Made by a program: the position numbers and the translations under genes
The notes under the pieces: model-generated
The model's input: only the letters and a program-made list of their open reading frames with translations
Databases searched by the model: none
Told to the model about the DNA's origin: nothing
Shown: positions 1-8,990 of the stretch, in pieces
Layout: every line of letters starts with the position of its first letter
Position numbering within the stretch: the first letter of the stretch is position 1
Source of the DNA: an uncultured Candidatus Binatia bacterium
Lineage (GTDB): Bacteria > Desulfobacterota > Binatia > UBA9968 > JAJDTQ01
Assembly: GCA_965215605.1 (NCBI GenBank)
Contig: OZ244070.1
Coordinates: forward strand, 1,472,001-1,536,000
Direction of reading: 5' to 3'
DNA length: 64,000 nucleotides

Positions 1-232
1 CTGCCGACCCTTTGCCGTCCTTGCCCTCGTTGGAATGTTCCATTCCACCTGCAATAGCACATATTGTCGGTGCCAAGGAAAGCCCTGTTCGCATACCGTT
101 GAGACGAGTCCTTGAACCGCCGGGAATCAACGGGATAGACTGGCCGCCGACCCGTGCCTGGGAGGATCCGTCATGACCGAGGTCATCATGATCGGGACGG
201 GACGGGCGCGACGACGGGCCCAGGGAGGAAAC

Positions 233-526
233 ATGCTCGAAGCCAAGGACGTGCAAGGGGTGCTGGCGATCATGCCGACGCCCGCCAAGGACGGCGCCGA
301 CAGCCTGGAGGCCGTGGAAACCGTGGACCTGGACGAGACCGCCCGGCTGGCCGAGAGTCTGGTGCGCGACGGCGTCTCCGGCATCATGGGCGCCTCCGGC
401 TACTGCAAGCCCGGCCCCATCCGGCCGCCCTACGACGTTATGCCGGAGGACTTCGCGGAGGGGTGCCGGGAGTCCGGCCGGCGTTTCGCGGAACTGAGGA
501 CCAAGTACGCACAACCCTTGGGTTGA
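233..526 (+). pseudogene. Internally deleted NahE/PhdJ-like hydratase-aldolase (DHDPS/NAL family); N- and C-termini fused in frame
   Basis: GGAGG RBS then ATG at 233. N-term 'DVQGVLAIMPTPAKDGA...TVDLDETARLAESLVRDGVSGIM' and C-term 'GYCKPGPIRPPYDVMPEDFAEGCRESGRRFAELRTKY' match the two ends of ~330-aa NahE-type enzymes, but the ORF is only 97 aa. Confidence 0.75.
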
Positions 527-559
527 CCCCCATCCGGGGGGCGCCGAAATACGGGCACG

Positions 560-1645
560 ATGACGCTCATCCTCACCAACGAGGAGGTCGAGAGCTGCTT
601 CACCCTGCAGGAGTGCTTCGAGGTGATGGAGCCGGCGTTCATCGACCTGGGCAACGGCGCGGCGGCGAACCTGCCCCGGCAGGACCTGCTGGTGCCCGGC
701 CCCCTGGAGGGCAGCTACCACGGCCTCAAGTCCGCGGGAGGCTCCATGCCGCGGTTCGGCGTGACCGCGGCGCGGTTGACCTCCGATATCGTCACCTGGC
801 CGGAAGTGGACGGCCAGAGGCGCCGGGTCAAGGTGCCGCTGGCCATGGGTGGGAAGTACGTGGGCTTGGTGTTCCTCTTCAGCACCGCCACCGGCGAGCT
901 GCTGGCCATCTTCCCTGACGGCCTGGTCCAGGCCATCCGCGTGGGCGTCACCAATGCCTTGTCGGCCAAGTACATGGCGCGGCCGGAATCGTCGGTGCTG
1001 GGGCTCTACGGCTCCGGCTGGCAGGCCCGGTCCGGCCTGCTGGCCATGTGCTCGGCCATGCCCATCCGAGAGGTGCGGGTCTTCAGCCCGACGGGGGAGC
1101 ATCGGCGGGGCTTCGCTCATGACATGGATGAGCGGGCGGAAGCCGCGGTGCGGGCCGTGGACGTTCCCGAGGACGCCGCCCGCGGTGCCGACATCGTCCT
1201 CCTCACCACCAACGCGCTGGTGCCCTTCTTCCCCGCCGCGTGGATCGGAAACGGCATGCACATCGCCACCGTGCGCTCCAGCGAGATGACCGTGGACGCG
1301 CTGCTTCGCTGCGACCGGGTGGTGGTTTCCAGCCGGGAGGCGGCCCGGCTGGTGACGCTGCCCGGCGAAGAAGAGCGTATCCCCGAGGCCGGCGAGGGCG
1401 ATTACCGCCGGGAGGAGTTGAGCGGCACCGAAGCCGACTGGAGTCTCAAGCCGGAACTGGGAGAGCTCATGGCCGGGAAGGCGGCGTCGCGAGAGCGCCC
1501 ATCGGAGGTGACCTGCATGCTCAACTACGTGGGGCTGGGCCTCCAGTTCGCTGCCGCCGGAGCGCGGATCTACGAGTTGGCGAAGGAGCGGGGCCTGGGG
1601 AGAGAACTGCCCACCGAATGGTTCTCGCAGGACCTGCATTCGTAG
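560..1645 (+). CDS. Ornithine cyclodeaminase/mu-crystallin family protein
   Basis: 361 aa; 'LILTNEEV', 'LFSTATGELLAIF', 'GLYGSGWQAR' Rossmann motif, C-terminal 'GLGLQFAAAGARIYELAKERGLG'. Confidence 0.85.
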   Translation: MTLILTNEEVESCFTLQECFEVMEPAFIDLGNGAAANLPRQDLLVPGPLEGSYHGLKSAGGSMPRFGVTAARLTSDIVTWPEVDGQRRRVKVPLAMGGKYVGLVFLFSTATGELLAIFPDGLVQAIRVGVTNALSAKYMARPESSVLGLYGSGWQARSGLLAMCSAMPIREVRVFSPTGEHRRGFAHDMDERAEAAVRAVDVPEDAARGADIVLLTTNALVPFFPAAWIGNGMHIATVRSSEMTVDALLRCDRVVVSSREAARLVTLPGEEERIPEAGEGDYRREELSGTEADWSLKPELGELMAGKAASRERPSEVTCMLNYVGLGLQFAAAGARIYELAKERGLGRELPTEWFSQDLHS

Positions 1646-1729
1646 GCGTACTTCGCGAGAACGCCTACCGACAAAAGGTAAGCTTCACCAGTAACACCAG
1701 TCATCCTCGACTTCCGGGGCAAGCGACGA

Positions 1730-2719
1730 CTACGTGACCAGCAGGATCTTGCCGGTAGTCGTGCGGGATGCCAGTAGGCGGTGGGCCTCGGCAGCCTGGG
1801 ACAGGGCGAGCGTGGCGCCGATGCGTACGGCGAGCTTTCCGGACTCGATCCATCCCAGCACGTCTCCCGCCCGGGCCAGGATCTCGGCGCGGTCGGTGGT
1901 GTGGTGGGTGAGACTGGGGCGGCTGAGGGAGAGCGATCCCTTGGCGTTGAGCACCGCGGTGTCGAAGGGCGGCACGGCACCGCTGGACTGGCCGAAGACC
2001 ACCATGCAGCCGCGCGGCGCCAACGCGTCGAGGCTCTTCTCGAACGTGCTCTTTCCCACGGAGTCGTAGACCACGTTGACGCCGCGTCCACCGGTTAGCC
2101 GGCGCGTCACGGCGGAGAAGTCCTGCGTCGTGTAATCGATGACCGCGTCGGCGCCGGCATCCTGGGCGATGCGCGCCTTCTCGGGCGTCGACACGGTGCC
2201 GAGCACCCGCGCGCCCCGCATCTTCGCCATCTGCACCAGCAGCAGTCCCGTACCGCCGGCGGCAGCGTGGACGAGCACGGCATCGCCCGGTCCCACGGGG
2301 TAGGTGTCGCGGATGAGGTAGTGGGCGGTCATGCCCTGGAGCATGGCCGCGGCCGCGGTCCGGAGGTCCACGGTCTCGGGCACCCGCACCAAATGGCCCT
2401 CGGGCACCGCGGCCAGCTCGGCGTAGGAGCCGTAGCCGTTGGAGATGCCGTAGGCGACCCGGTCGCCGATCCGGACCTCGGAGACGCCGCTCCCCACCGC
2501 GCGCACGGTGCCGGCGCCCTCCGCGCCGGGGATGTAGGGGAGCTGCCGTCCGTGATGCCCGCCCCAGTGGAAACCCGAGCGGTAGTAGATGTCCAGGTAG
2601 TTGACCCCGGCCGCGGCCACCTCCACCAGCGCCTCGTCCTCCCGGGGCTCCGGGGCCTCCACCTCCTCGTAGCGGAGCACCTCCGGACCGCCCAGCGCGT
2701 GCACCTGGACGGCCTTCAT
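1730..2719 (-). CDS. qor: NADPH:quinone oxidoreductase (zeta-crystallin/MDR family)
   Basis: 'MKAVQVHALGGPEVL', 'GVNYLDIYYRSG', 'HAAAGGTG', 'VVYDSVGK', 'FGQSSG', 'TTGKILL'. Start moved to the MKAV Met. Confidence 0.88.
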   Translation of the reverse strand: MKAVQVHALGGPEVLRYEEVEAPEPREDEALVEVAAAGVNYLDIYYRSGFHWGGHHGRQLPYIPGAEGAGTVRAVGSGVSEVRIGDRVAYGISNGYGSYAELAAVPEGHLVRVPETVDLRTAAAAMLQGMTAHYLIRDTYPVGPGDAVLVHAAAGGTGLLLVQMAKMRGARVLGTVSTPEKARIAQDAGADAVIDYTTQDFSAVTRRLTGGRGVNVVYDSVGKSTFEKSLDALAPRGCMVVFGQSSGAVPPFDTAVLNAKGSLSLSRPSLTHHTTDRAEILARAGDVLGWIESGKLAVRIGATLALSQAAEAHRLLASRTTTGKILLVT

Positions 2720-2840
2720 CGGGGACGAGGGAACCTGAATGAAGCGCACGACGGAGCGCGGTCCGGGCGCGGCTTCCCTTGCGGAGGCCGGCGGCGCGTG
2801 GGCAGCCTCCGGGACACCATGCGCGTGCGCGTCGCCGCCA

Positions 2841-3539
2841 TCAGTCCAGCAGCGCCACCACCCGCGCCGGGGCGGATTCGGTCTTCCACTTGGCCGGAAG
2901 CGCGATGATCTTCGCGGAGGCGCCGATCTGGTCCAGGTTGATGAGATTCTCGATCTGACAGGTGACCCTGGGCAGGATGGTGCGGTGTACGGTCATGCCG
3001 CTGCCCAGTATCTCGTCGGCGTGCTGGTAGTCCGCGCCCTTCTCTTCCTGGGCGAAGTCGTAGCCGATGACCGCTGGCTGCTTGTCCACGACCCATTGGG
3101 CCGCCTCGCGGGAGAGAAACGGCGAGTCGTTCCACCAGGACGGATCGGTGGTCCGGTGCCCCTTGGGCCAGTCGGTGCGGAGAAGCAGAATCCCTCCGGG
3201 ATCGATCGTCACGCCCTGCTCCGCCAGCGCCGCCTCGGCCCGCTCCATGTCCTCGGGCGTGATGCGCGCGCCGGGCTGGCACCGGAAGGACAGGTCCAGC
3301 ACCACCGCCGTGCCCATCAGCGGCTCCAGCGGAAGCTGCTCCACCGACGGCTTGTCGCGAAAGAAGTGGTGCGGCGAGTCGATGTGGGTGCCGGCGTGAA
3401 CGGTCAACTCCACCAGGTTGGAGACGAACCCTTTCTCCTCCCAGTTGATGATGGGCTTTATCTTGAAGTAGGTTTCGTCGGGGGCGAACGGAGCCGAGTC
3501 GCACTCCTCTACGGTCATGCTGAGATCGACGATGCGCAT
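2841..3539 (-). CDS. Cyclase/kynurenine formamidase (KynB-like) metal hydrolase
   Basis: 'MRIVDLS', HxGTHxDxPxH motif 'HAGTHIDSPHH', 'IENLINL', 'SAPARVVA'. Confidence 0.85.
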   Translation of the reverse strand: MRIVDLSMTVEECDSAPFAPDETYFKIKPIINWEEKGFVSNLVELTVHAGTHIDSPHHFFRDKPSVEQLPLEPLMGTAVVLDLSFRCQPGARITPEDMERAEAALAEQGVTIDPGGILLLRTDWPKGHRTTDPSWWNDSPFLSREAAQWVVDKQPAVIGYDFAQEEKGADYQHADEILGSGMTVHRTILPRVTCQIENLINLDQIGASAKIIALPAKWKTESAPARVVALLD

Positions 3540-3679
3540 GGAAAAGGCTCCTTTCCGCAAGACAAACAGTCCGTGTCCTTATATCATTGCACGCTGCCGT
3601 AAAGTCAACGTGGCGGGGGACCGCGGAGGAAACGCGCCATGCGGGGTCCCGCAGACTGCATCATACAGGAGGTCAAATC

Positions 3680-3967
3680 ATGATTTACGAGGTCAGGGTT
3701 CAGACCGTCGATCCCGACAAGCGAAACGAATACGTCAAGGCCTACAAGGAAGCCATCCAGGCCAGCAAGGAGGCCGGATGCCACGGCGGGTTCATCATGT
3801 GCAGCGACGACGATCCTTCGAGGGTCATGGTCCTGCTCCACTGGCCGACCCGCGAGCACCACGAGCGCTGGCGCGGCACGCCGACCCACGTGAAGTTCCG
3901 CCAGACCATCGACCCCTGGCAGACCGCGCCCAGCATCGGCGACTACTACGTCGCCGAGACCATCTGA
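3680..3967 (+). CDS. ABM/NIPSNAP-like dimeric alpha-beta barrel protein (antibiotic biosynthesis monooxygenase family)
   Basis: AGGAGG RBS before ATG 3680; 95 aa with 'DDPSRVMVLLHWPTREHHERW' pattern. Confidence 0.7.
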   Translation: MIYEVRVQTVDPDKRNEYVKAYKEAIQASKEAGCHGGFIMCSDDDPSRVMVLLHWPTREHHERWRGTPTHVKFRQTIDPWQTAPSIGDYYVAETI

Positions 3968-3990
3968 CCGGTTGCCGCCGGAGGTTCACC

Positions 3991-6228
3991 ATGGACGTTG
4001 ATCCCATCCGCTACGAGATGTTTCTCCATCGCCTGTGGGCGGTGGGCGAGGAAGGGCGCTCCACCCTCCAGCGCGTCACCGCCTCGCCCATCGTGGCCCA
4101 GGGCGGCGAGGTCATGAGCTCGTTCTACGACGCCAAGGGCACCATGGTGCTGGCCTGCTCCGGCCACCTGCGGTTCGCCGCCGCCACTTCGGACGCCATC
4201 AAGTACCTCATCGAATGGTACGGCGAGTCGCCGGGTTTCCACGACGGCGACCAGCTCTTCTTCAACGATCCCTACGTGGCCGGGTCCCACACCTACGACA
4301 TGATGGTGATCAAGCCCATCTTCCTCGACGGGCGCCTCATCGCCTGGATCGCCACCAGCACCCACACCGCCGACACCGGCGGCGTGCTGCGGGGCGCGGC
4401 CCTGGAAATCTTCCACGAGGGCATCCGCATCCTGGGGGTCAAGGTGGTGGAGCGGGGCGAGTTCCGGGAGGACGTGTTCCGCACCCTCACCGAGCAGTGC
4501 CGGGACCCCCAGTACGTGGGGCTGGACATCAAGGCGATGATCGCCGGCAACAACGTGTGCGCTTCCCGCTACCTGAGCCTGGTGGAGAAGTTCGGCCTCG
4601 AGTTCATCGAGGCGGCGGGCGAGAAGACGCTGGCGGACGCCGAGGAGATGGCCCGGACCAAGCTGCGGTCGCTGCCCGACGGGGTGTGGCGCTCGCGGGT
4701 CTACTACTCCGCGCGGGAGGCCGACCAGTCCGACGCCGACATCATCGCCGTCATCTGCGCCGTCACCAAGAAGGGCGATACCCTGGACATCGACCTCGAC
4801 GGCACCAGCCCCCAGACCTCCGGCGACACCAACTCGACCCTTCCGAGCACGGTGGCGCACCTCAACATCGCGCTCACCAACCAGCTCTTCTGGGACATAC
4901 CGTGGAACGACGGCAAGCTGGCGCCGATCCGCATGAGCGTGCCCGAGGGCTCGGTGCTGAACTGCACCTTTCCGGCGGCCTGCGGGCTCGCGCCCATGAT
5001 CGGCGGCATGTTCGTGGCCGCGGTCAGCGAATGCCTGGCCAAGATGCTCTACGCCGCCGGGCGCCTTGAAGACGTCAACGCCGGCTGGTTCGGCGCCTGG
5101 TACTCCGGCGGACCGGGGTTCATGTACGGCGGCCACAACCGGGAAGGGCTGGCCAACGCCCAAGGGCTCTACGACATCCACGGCGGCGGCCTCGGGGCGA
5201 GGCCGGACCGGGACGGCGTAGACACCGGGGGCCACATGAACATCCCCTCCGGAGGCATCTCCGACATAGAGCGCATCGAGATGCAGTACCCGTTCATTTA
5301 CTTGGCGCGAAGGCACGTGAAGGACGGCTCGGGCTTCGGCAGGCATCGCGGCGGATACGGCAGCGAGCGCCTGCTGTTCGTCTACGGCTCCACCGATGTG
5401 ACCGCCAACTACCGCCCCTACGGCGCCGTGCCCAACGGCTTCGGCCTCTTCGGCGGCTATCCCGCGGGCTTCGGCGGCAACCGGGCGCTCTATCGCACCG
5501 ACGACCTGTTGCAACGCCTGCGCGATGGCGCCTACCCCACCGGCGCCGACGAGTTGGAGGGCCTCGACTGGTGCCGGCTGGACCTGCCCGAGGGCTTCCG
5601 GCCGCGGGTTTCCATCCCCGAGCTGTCGTTCATCACCGACGTCACCCAGAGCGGCGGCGGCTTCGGCGACCCGCTGGAGCGGAGCCCCGCGCAGGTAGAG
5701 GGCGACGTCCGGACCGGCCGCACGAGTCCCGACGTGGCCGACCGGATCTTCGGCGTGAGGCTCGACCGCGCCGGCGGCGTGGACGTCGCCGCCACCGCGG
5801 AGCGGCGCAGGGAGCTTCGGACGGCGCGCCTGGCAAGGGGGTCCCGGCCCGATACACCGACAAACGCCGGTAACGGCAGCCCCGACGGGACAGACGCCAC
5901 GGACGCCGACGGCGAGGTCCTGCTGCACCTCCACGAGTACCTCGACCTCGTCCGCACCGGCGGCCGCCTGTTGGTGCGATGCCGCAAGTGCGCCCACGCG
6001 TTCTGCAACGGCGGCGAGAACTACAAGCACGCCGCGGTCGAGATCACCATGGACCTCGAAGAGCTGGCGGGCGGGCGCGTCCCATCGGGTGAACCCTACC
6101 GGGGCGTGCTGCTGGGCTATGTCTGCCCCGGATGCGCCACGCTGCTCCAGGTCGACGTCTTCTGCCCGACCCGGGACGACCAGCGACCCCTCTGGGACAT
6201 CCAGCTCGACTGCTCGGGGCTCGACTGA
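3991..6228 (+). CDS. Hydantoinase B/oxoprolinase (acetone carboxylase alpha-like) with C-terminal acetone carboxylase gamma-like Zn-ribbon domain
   Basis: GGAGG RBS; 'FFNDPYVAGSHTYD', 'HTADTGG', 'EIFHEGIRI', 'GSGFGRHRGG', 'GGGFGDPLER'; C-terminal 'HEYL..CRKCAH...NYK...YVCPGCATLLQVD'. Confidence 0.85.
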   Translation: MDVDPIRYEMFLHRLWAVGEEGRSTLQRVTASPIVAQGGEVMSSFYDAKGTMVLACSGHLRFAAATSDAIKYLIEWYGESPGFHDGDQLFFNDPYVAGSHTYDMMVIKPIFLDGRLIAWIATSTHTADTGGVLRGAALEIFHEGIRILGVKVVERGEFREDVFRTLTEQCRDPQYVGLDIKAMIAGNNVCASRYLSLVEKFGLEFIEAAGEKTLADAEEMARTKLRSLPDGVWRSRVYYSAREADQSDADIIAVICAVTKKGDTLDIDLDGTSPQTSGDTNSTLPSTVAHLNIALTNQLFWDIPWNDGKLAPIRMSVPEGSVLNCTFPAACGLAPMIGGMFVAAVSECLAKMLYAAGRLEDVNAGWFGAWYSGGPGFMYGGHNREGLANAQGLYDIHGGGLGARPDRDGVDTGGHMNIPSGGISDIERIEMQYPFIYLARRHVKDGSGFGRHRGGYGSERLLFVYGSTDVTANYRPYGAVPNGFGLFGGYPAGFGGNRALYRTDDLLQRLRDGAYPTGADELEGLDWCRLDLPEGFRPRVSIPELSFITDVTQSGGGFGDPLERSPAQVEGDVRTGRTSPDVADRIFGVRLDRAGGVDVAATAERRRELRTARLARGSRPDTPTNAGNGSPDGTDATDADGEVLLHLHEYLDLVRTGGRLLVRCRKCAHAFCNGGENYKHAAVEITMDLEELAGGRVPSGEPYRGVLLGYVCPGCATLLQVDVFCPTRDDQRPLWDIQLDCSGLD

Positions 6229-6354
6229 GCTCAAATTGCAAACCACCGTGCTCCTGTGATAACCCCGCGGGTGTGCATGGACAGGGATGTGAGACGCGCG
6301 TATCGCGCACGGCCGAGTGACTGGGGTTTGGCAAGTTTGCCACGGAGGTGAGCC

Positions 6355-7368
6355 ATGTGGAGAAGAACGAGTTTGCCGAGGTCCTTCAGGATATCGGTGG
6401 CGGCCGCGGCCGCGATGCTTCTGTGCCTGGTGGCGGGCTCCAACGCCGGCGCCCAGAAGCTGCCGGCCAAGATCACCTGGATCGTCCCCTTCGGGCTCGG
6501 GGGCGGCACCGGGACGTCGGCGCTGCTGCTGGCGCCGAAGCTGCAGAAGAAGCTTGAAGGCAACGGCGTCAAGGAAGTCAAGGCGGTGAGCCTGCCGGGG
6601 GCCGGCGGCACCGTGGGGACGAAGAAACTGTTCACCTCGCCGGCGGACGGGAGCGTCATCGGCAGCATGCTGCCGGCGGGCGGGCTGGCGCAATCCGCCA
6701 CCCGGGACGTGGGCTTCGACCTTTCCAAGTTCACCTATCTGGCCAAGATCACGACGGCGCCCCGGTTTCTGTTCGTGAAAGGGGACTCCCCCATCAAATC
6801 GCTCGACGCCCTGATCGCGGAAGGCAAGAAGCGCCCGCTGAAGGTCTCGTCGGTGGGTCCCGCCTCGGCCGGCTCCTTCGTGCTGGCCAACATCATCGAC
6901 AAGACGGGCATCCAGGTGAAGGACGTCACCGGGTACAAGAGCGGGCGTTCGCTGGTGGTGGCGGTGGCACGGGGCGACGTGGACACCACCATCAAGACCA
7001 CCGGCGGCGTGATCACCTTCATCAAGTCCGGAGAGGTCCGCGGACTGGTCCAGCTCTCTTCGGAGAAGGACAAGGATCCGTTCTTCCCTGACGTGCCTTC
7101 GGCGGAGAGCCTCGGCCGCAAGGACCTCATGGCGGGCGGCATCCTGTACATACTCGTGGCCGCGCCGCCCAAGGTACCGCAGGCCGTGGCGGACGTGCTG
7201 AGGAACGCCGTGCACCAGGTCATCCTCGAGTCCAAGGCGGAGCTAGAGAGCAAGGCCCAGGTCATCCATTCCCCGGCCACCGGCAAGGAGACGGCCATGC
7301 TCGTCAACAACCTGATCAAGGACTACGCGAACCTGATCGCTCTCTACAAAGCGCAGCAGAAGAAGTAG
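6355..7368 (+). CDS. tctC: Tripartite tricarboxylate transporter substrate-binding protein (Bug/TctC)
   Basis: Signal peptide; 'ITWIVPFGLGGGT', 'PGAGGTVG', 'SPADG', 'FPDVPSAESLG'; directly upstream of tctA. Confidence 0.8.
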   Translation: MWRRTSLPRSFRISVAAAAAMLLCLVAGSNAGAQKLPAKITWIVPFGLGGGTGTSALLLAPKLQKKLEGNGVKEVKAVSLPGAGGTVGTKKLFTSPADGSVIGSMLPAGGLAQSATRDVGFDLSKFTYLAKITTAPRFLFVKGDSPIKSLDALIAEGKKRPLKVSSVGPASAGSFVLANIIDKTGIQVKDVTGYKSGRSLVVAVARGDVDTTIKTTGGVITFIKSGEVRGLVQLSSEKDKDPFFPDVPSAESLGRKDLMAGGILYILVAAPPKVPQAVADVLRNAVHQVILESKAELESKAQVIHSPATGKETAMLVNNLIKDYANLIALYKAQQKK

Positions 7369-7392
7369 GCTTACGGCCTGCTACCGCACCGT

Positions 7393-7442
7393 CCGGCCTG
7401 GAATGATTCGCGGAACGTCCCTTCCGCGGTCACCCGGGCCGG
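7393..7442 (+). other. Intercistronic GC-rich stem-loop between tctC and tctA
   Basis: ccggcctgg...tgattcgcggaa-loop-ttccgcggtca...ccgggccgg imperfect inverted repeat. Confidence 0.5.
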
Positions 7443-7469
7443 TCCTTTACGCACCGAAAGAGACGACTC

Positions 7470-8984
7470 GTGATTGAGGCCATCGGTGTAGCGCTCGTCA
7501 ACGTTTTCGGGTTTCCCAACGTCCTCGTGGTGCTGTTCGGCACCACGGTGAGCATGCTCTTCGGAGCGCTCCCCGGCCTGGGCGGCATCGTCATCCTGAC
7601 GCTGTCGCTGCCCATCATCATGGCGCTGGAGCCGGCGCTGGCCATGATGGTCTTCGCCGCCTCCATCGGCGGCATCACCTTCGGCGGGTCCGTCTCCGCC
7701 ATCCTTCTCAACGTTCCCGGCACCGTGGCCAACATCGCCACGGTCTTCGACGGCCACCCGCTGGCGCGGCAGGGACGCGCCGGGTACGCGTTGGCCATCT
7801 CCGCGACGGCGTCGGCCCTGGGCTCGGTGTTCGGCTACCTGATCTTTCTGCTGCTGCTGCCGGTGGTGCGCTCCGTCGTGTTCTCCTTCGGCCCCCCGGA
7901 GTTCTTTCTCATGGCCCTGCTGGGCATCAGCCTGATCGCGTCGCTGACCCAGAAGGAGCCGATCAAGGGACTCATCTCCGCGGGGCTGGGATTCCTGGTG
8001 GCCTTCATCGGATACTCTCCCATCACCGGCGACGAGAGGTTCACCTTCGGCTACCTGTACCTCTGGGACGGGGTCCACACCGGAGTCATCGCCATCGGCA
8101 TCTTCGCCGTCTCCGAGATGTTCTTCCTGGCCGTCAAGGGCGAGGAGCTGGTGCAGCAGACCGAGGTGGTCCGCCCCACGGCTCGCGACGTGTTCGACGG
8201 CATCCGCTTCGTATTGGCCAACTCGTTCCTGCTGCTCCGGAGCGCGGTCATCGGCTGCGTGGTGGGCATCATCCCCGGCGTCGGCGCCAACGTGGCGGCC
8301 TTCCTGGCCTACGCCCAGGCCCAGGCCACCTCGCCCAACCGCGCCGATTTCGGCCGCGGCGCGCCGGAAGGCGTGCTTGCCCCGGAGGCGTCCAACGACG
8401 CCAAGGACGGCGGCGCGCTGCTGCCCACGGTGGCCTTCGGCATCCCCGGAAGCGCGCCCCACGCCATCCTGCTGGTGGGGCTGCTGCTGCTCGGGCTGAA
8501 CCCGGGCAAGGAGTTGCTCACCACCCACCAGGCCACGGTGTTCACCCTGGTGCTGGCGCTGATCGCCGCCAACGTGTGGACATCCATCCTGGGCCTGCTC
8601 TTCGCCAACCACCTGGTCAAGATCACGCGGATCCGGATATCGCTGATCATCCCCATCGTCCTCGTCATCAGCTTCGTAGGCGCCTTCGTGCTGCGGAACA
8701 ACCTCCTGGATGCGTTCGCGGTGCTGGTGTTCGGGTTCATCGGCTACGGCATGAAGAAGTACAGCTACTCCTTCATCACCTTCATCCTCGCCTACGTGTT
8801 GGGAGAAATCGCCGAGGTCTCGCTGTTCCAGACGCTGCTGATCTCGGACACGGGGTTCCTGATCTTCGTCACCCGTCCCGTCTCGCTGGTGCTGACCCTG
8901 CTCATCCTGGCGGCCCTGGGCCTGCCGCTGGTGACGCCCATCAAGCGGGCGTGGCAGGGGCGGCGGCTCCCCGAGGCGCCGTAG
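7470..8984 (+). CDS. tctA: Tripartite tricarboxylate transporter large permease TctA
   Basis: 504 aa hydrophobic; 'FGALPGLG', 'FGGSVSAILLNVPGT', 'FDGHPLARQG', 'PEASNDAKDGGALLPTVAFGIPGS'. Confidence 0.92.
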   Translation: MIEAIGVALVNVFGFPNVLVVLFGTTVSMLFGALPGLGGIVILTLSLPIIMALEPALAMMVFAASIGGITFGGSVSAILLNVPGTVANIATVFDGHPLARQGRAGYALAISATASALGSVFGYLIFLLLLPVVRSVVFSFGPPEFFLMALLGISLIASLTQKEPIKGLISAGLGFLVAFIGYSPITGDERFTFGYLYLWDGVHTGVIAIGIFAVSEMFFLAVKGEELVQQTEVVRPTARDVFDGIRFVLANSFLLLRSAVIGCVVGIIPGVGANVAAFLAYAQAQATSPNRADFGRGAPEGVLAPEASNDAKDGGALLPTVAFGIPGSAPHAILLVGLLLLGLNPGKELLTTHQATVFTLVLALIAANVWTSILGLLFANHLVKITRIRISLIIPIVLVISFVGAFVLRNNLLDAFAVLVFGFIGYGMKKYSYSFITFILAYVLGEIAEVSLFQTLLISDTGFLIFVTRPVSLVLTLLILAALGLPLVTPIKRAWQGRRLPEAP

Positions 8985-8990
8985 CCGCCC

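Noticed and set aside
3946-7215. 1089-aa minus-strand ORF (similar ones at 7371-9575, 13602-16067, 27238-30321 and 44002-46098)
   Set aside because: These are antisense shadows of well-supported genes. High GC3 suppresses stops on the opposite strand, and they carry no motifs.
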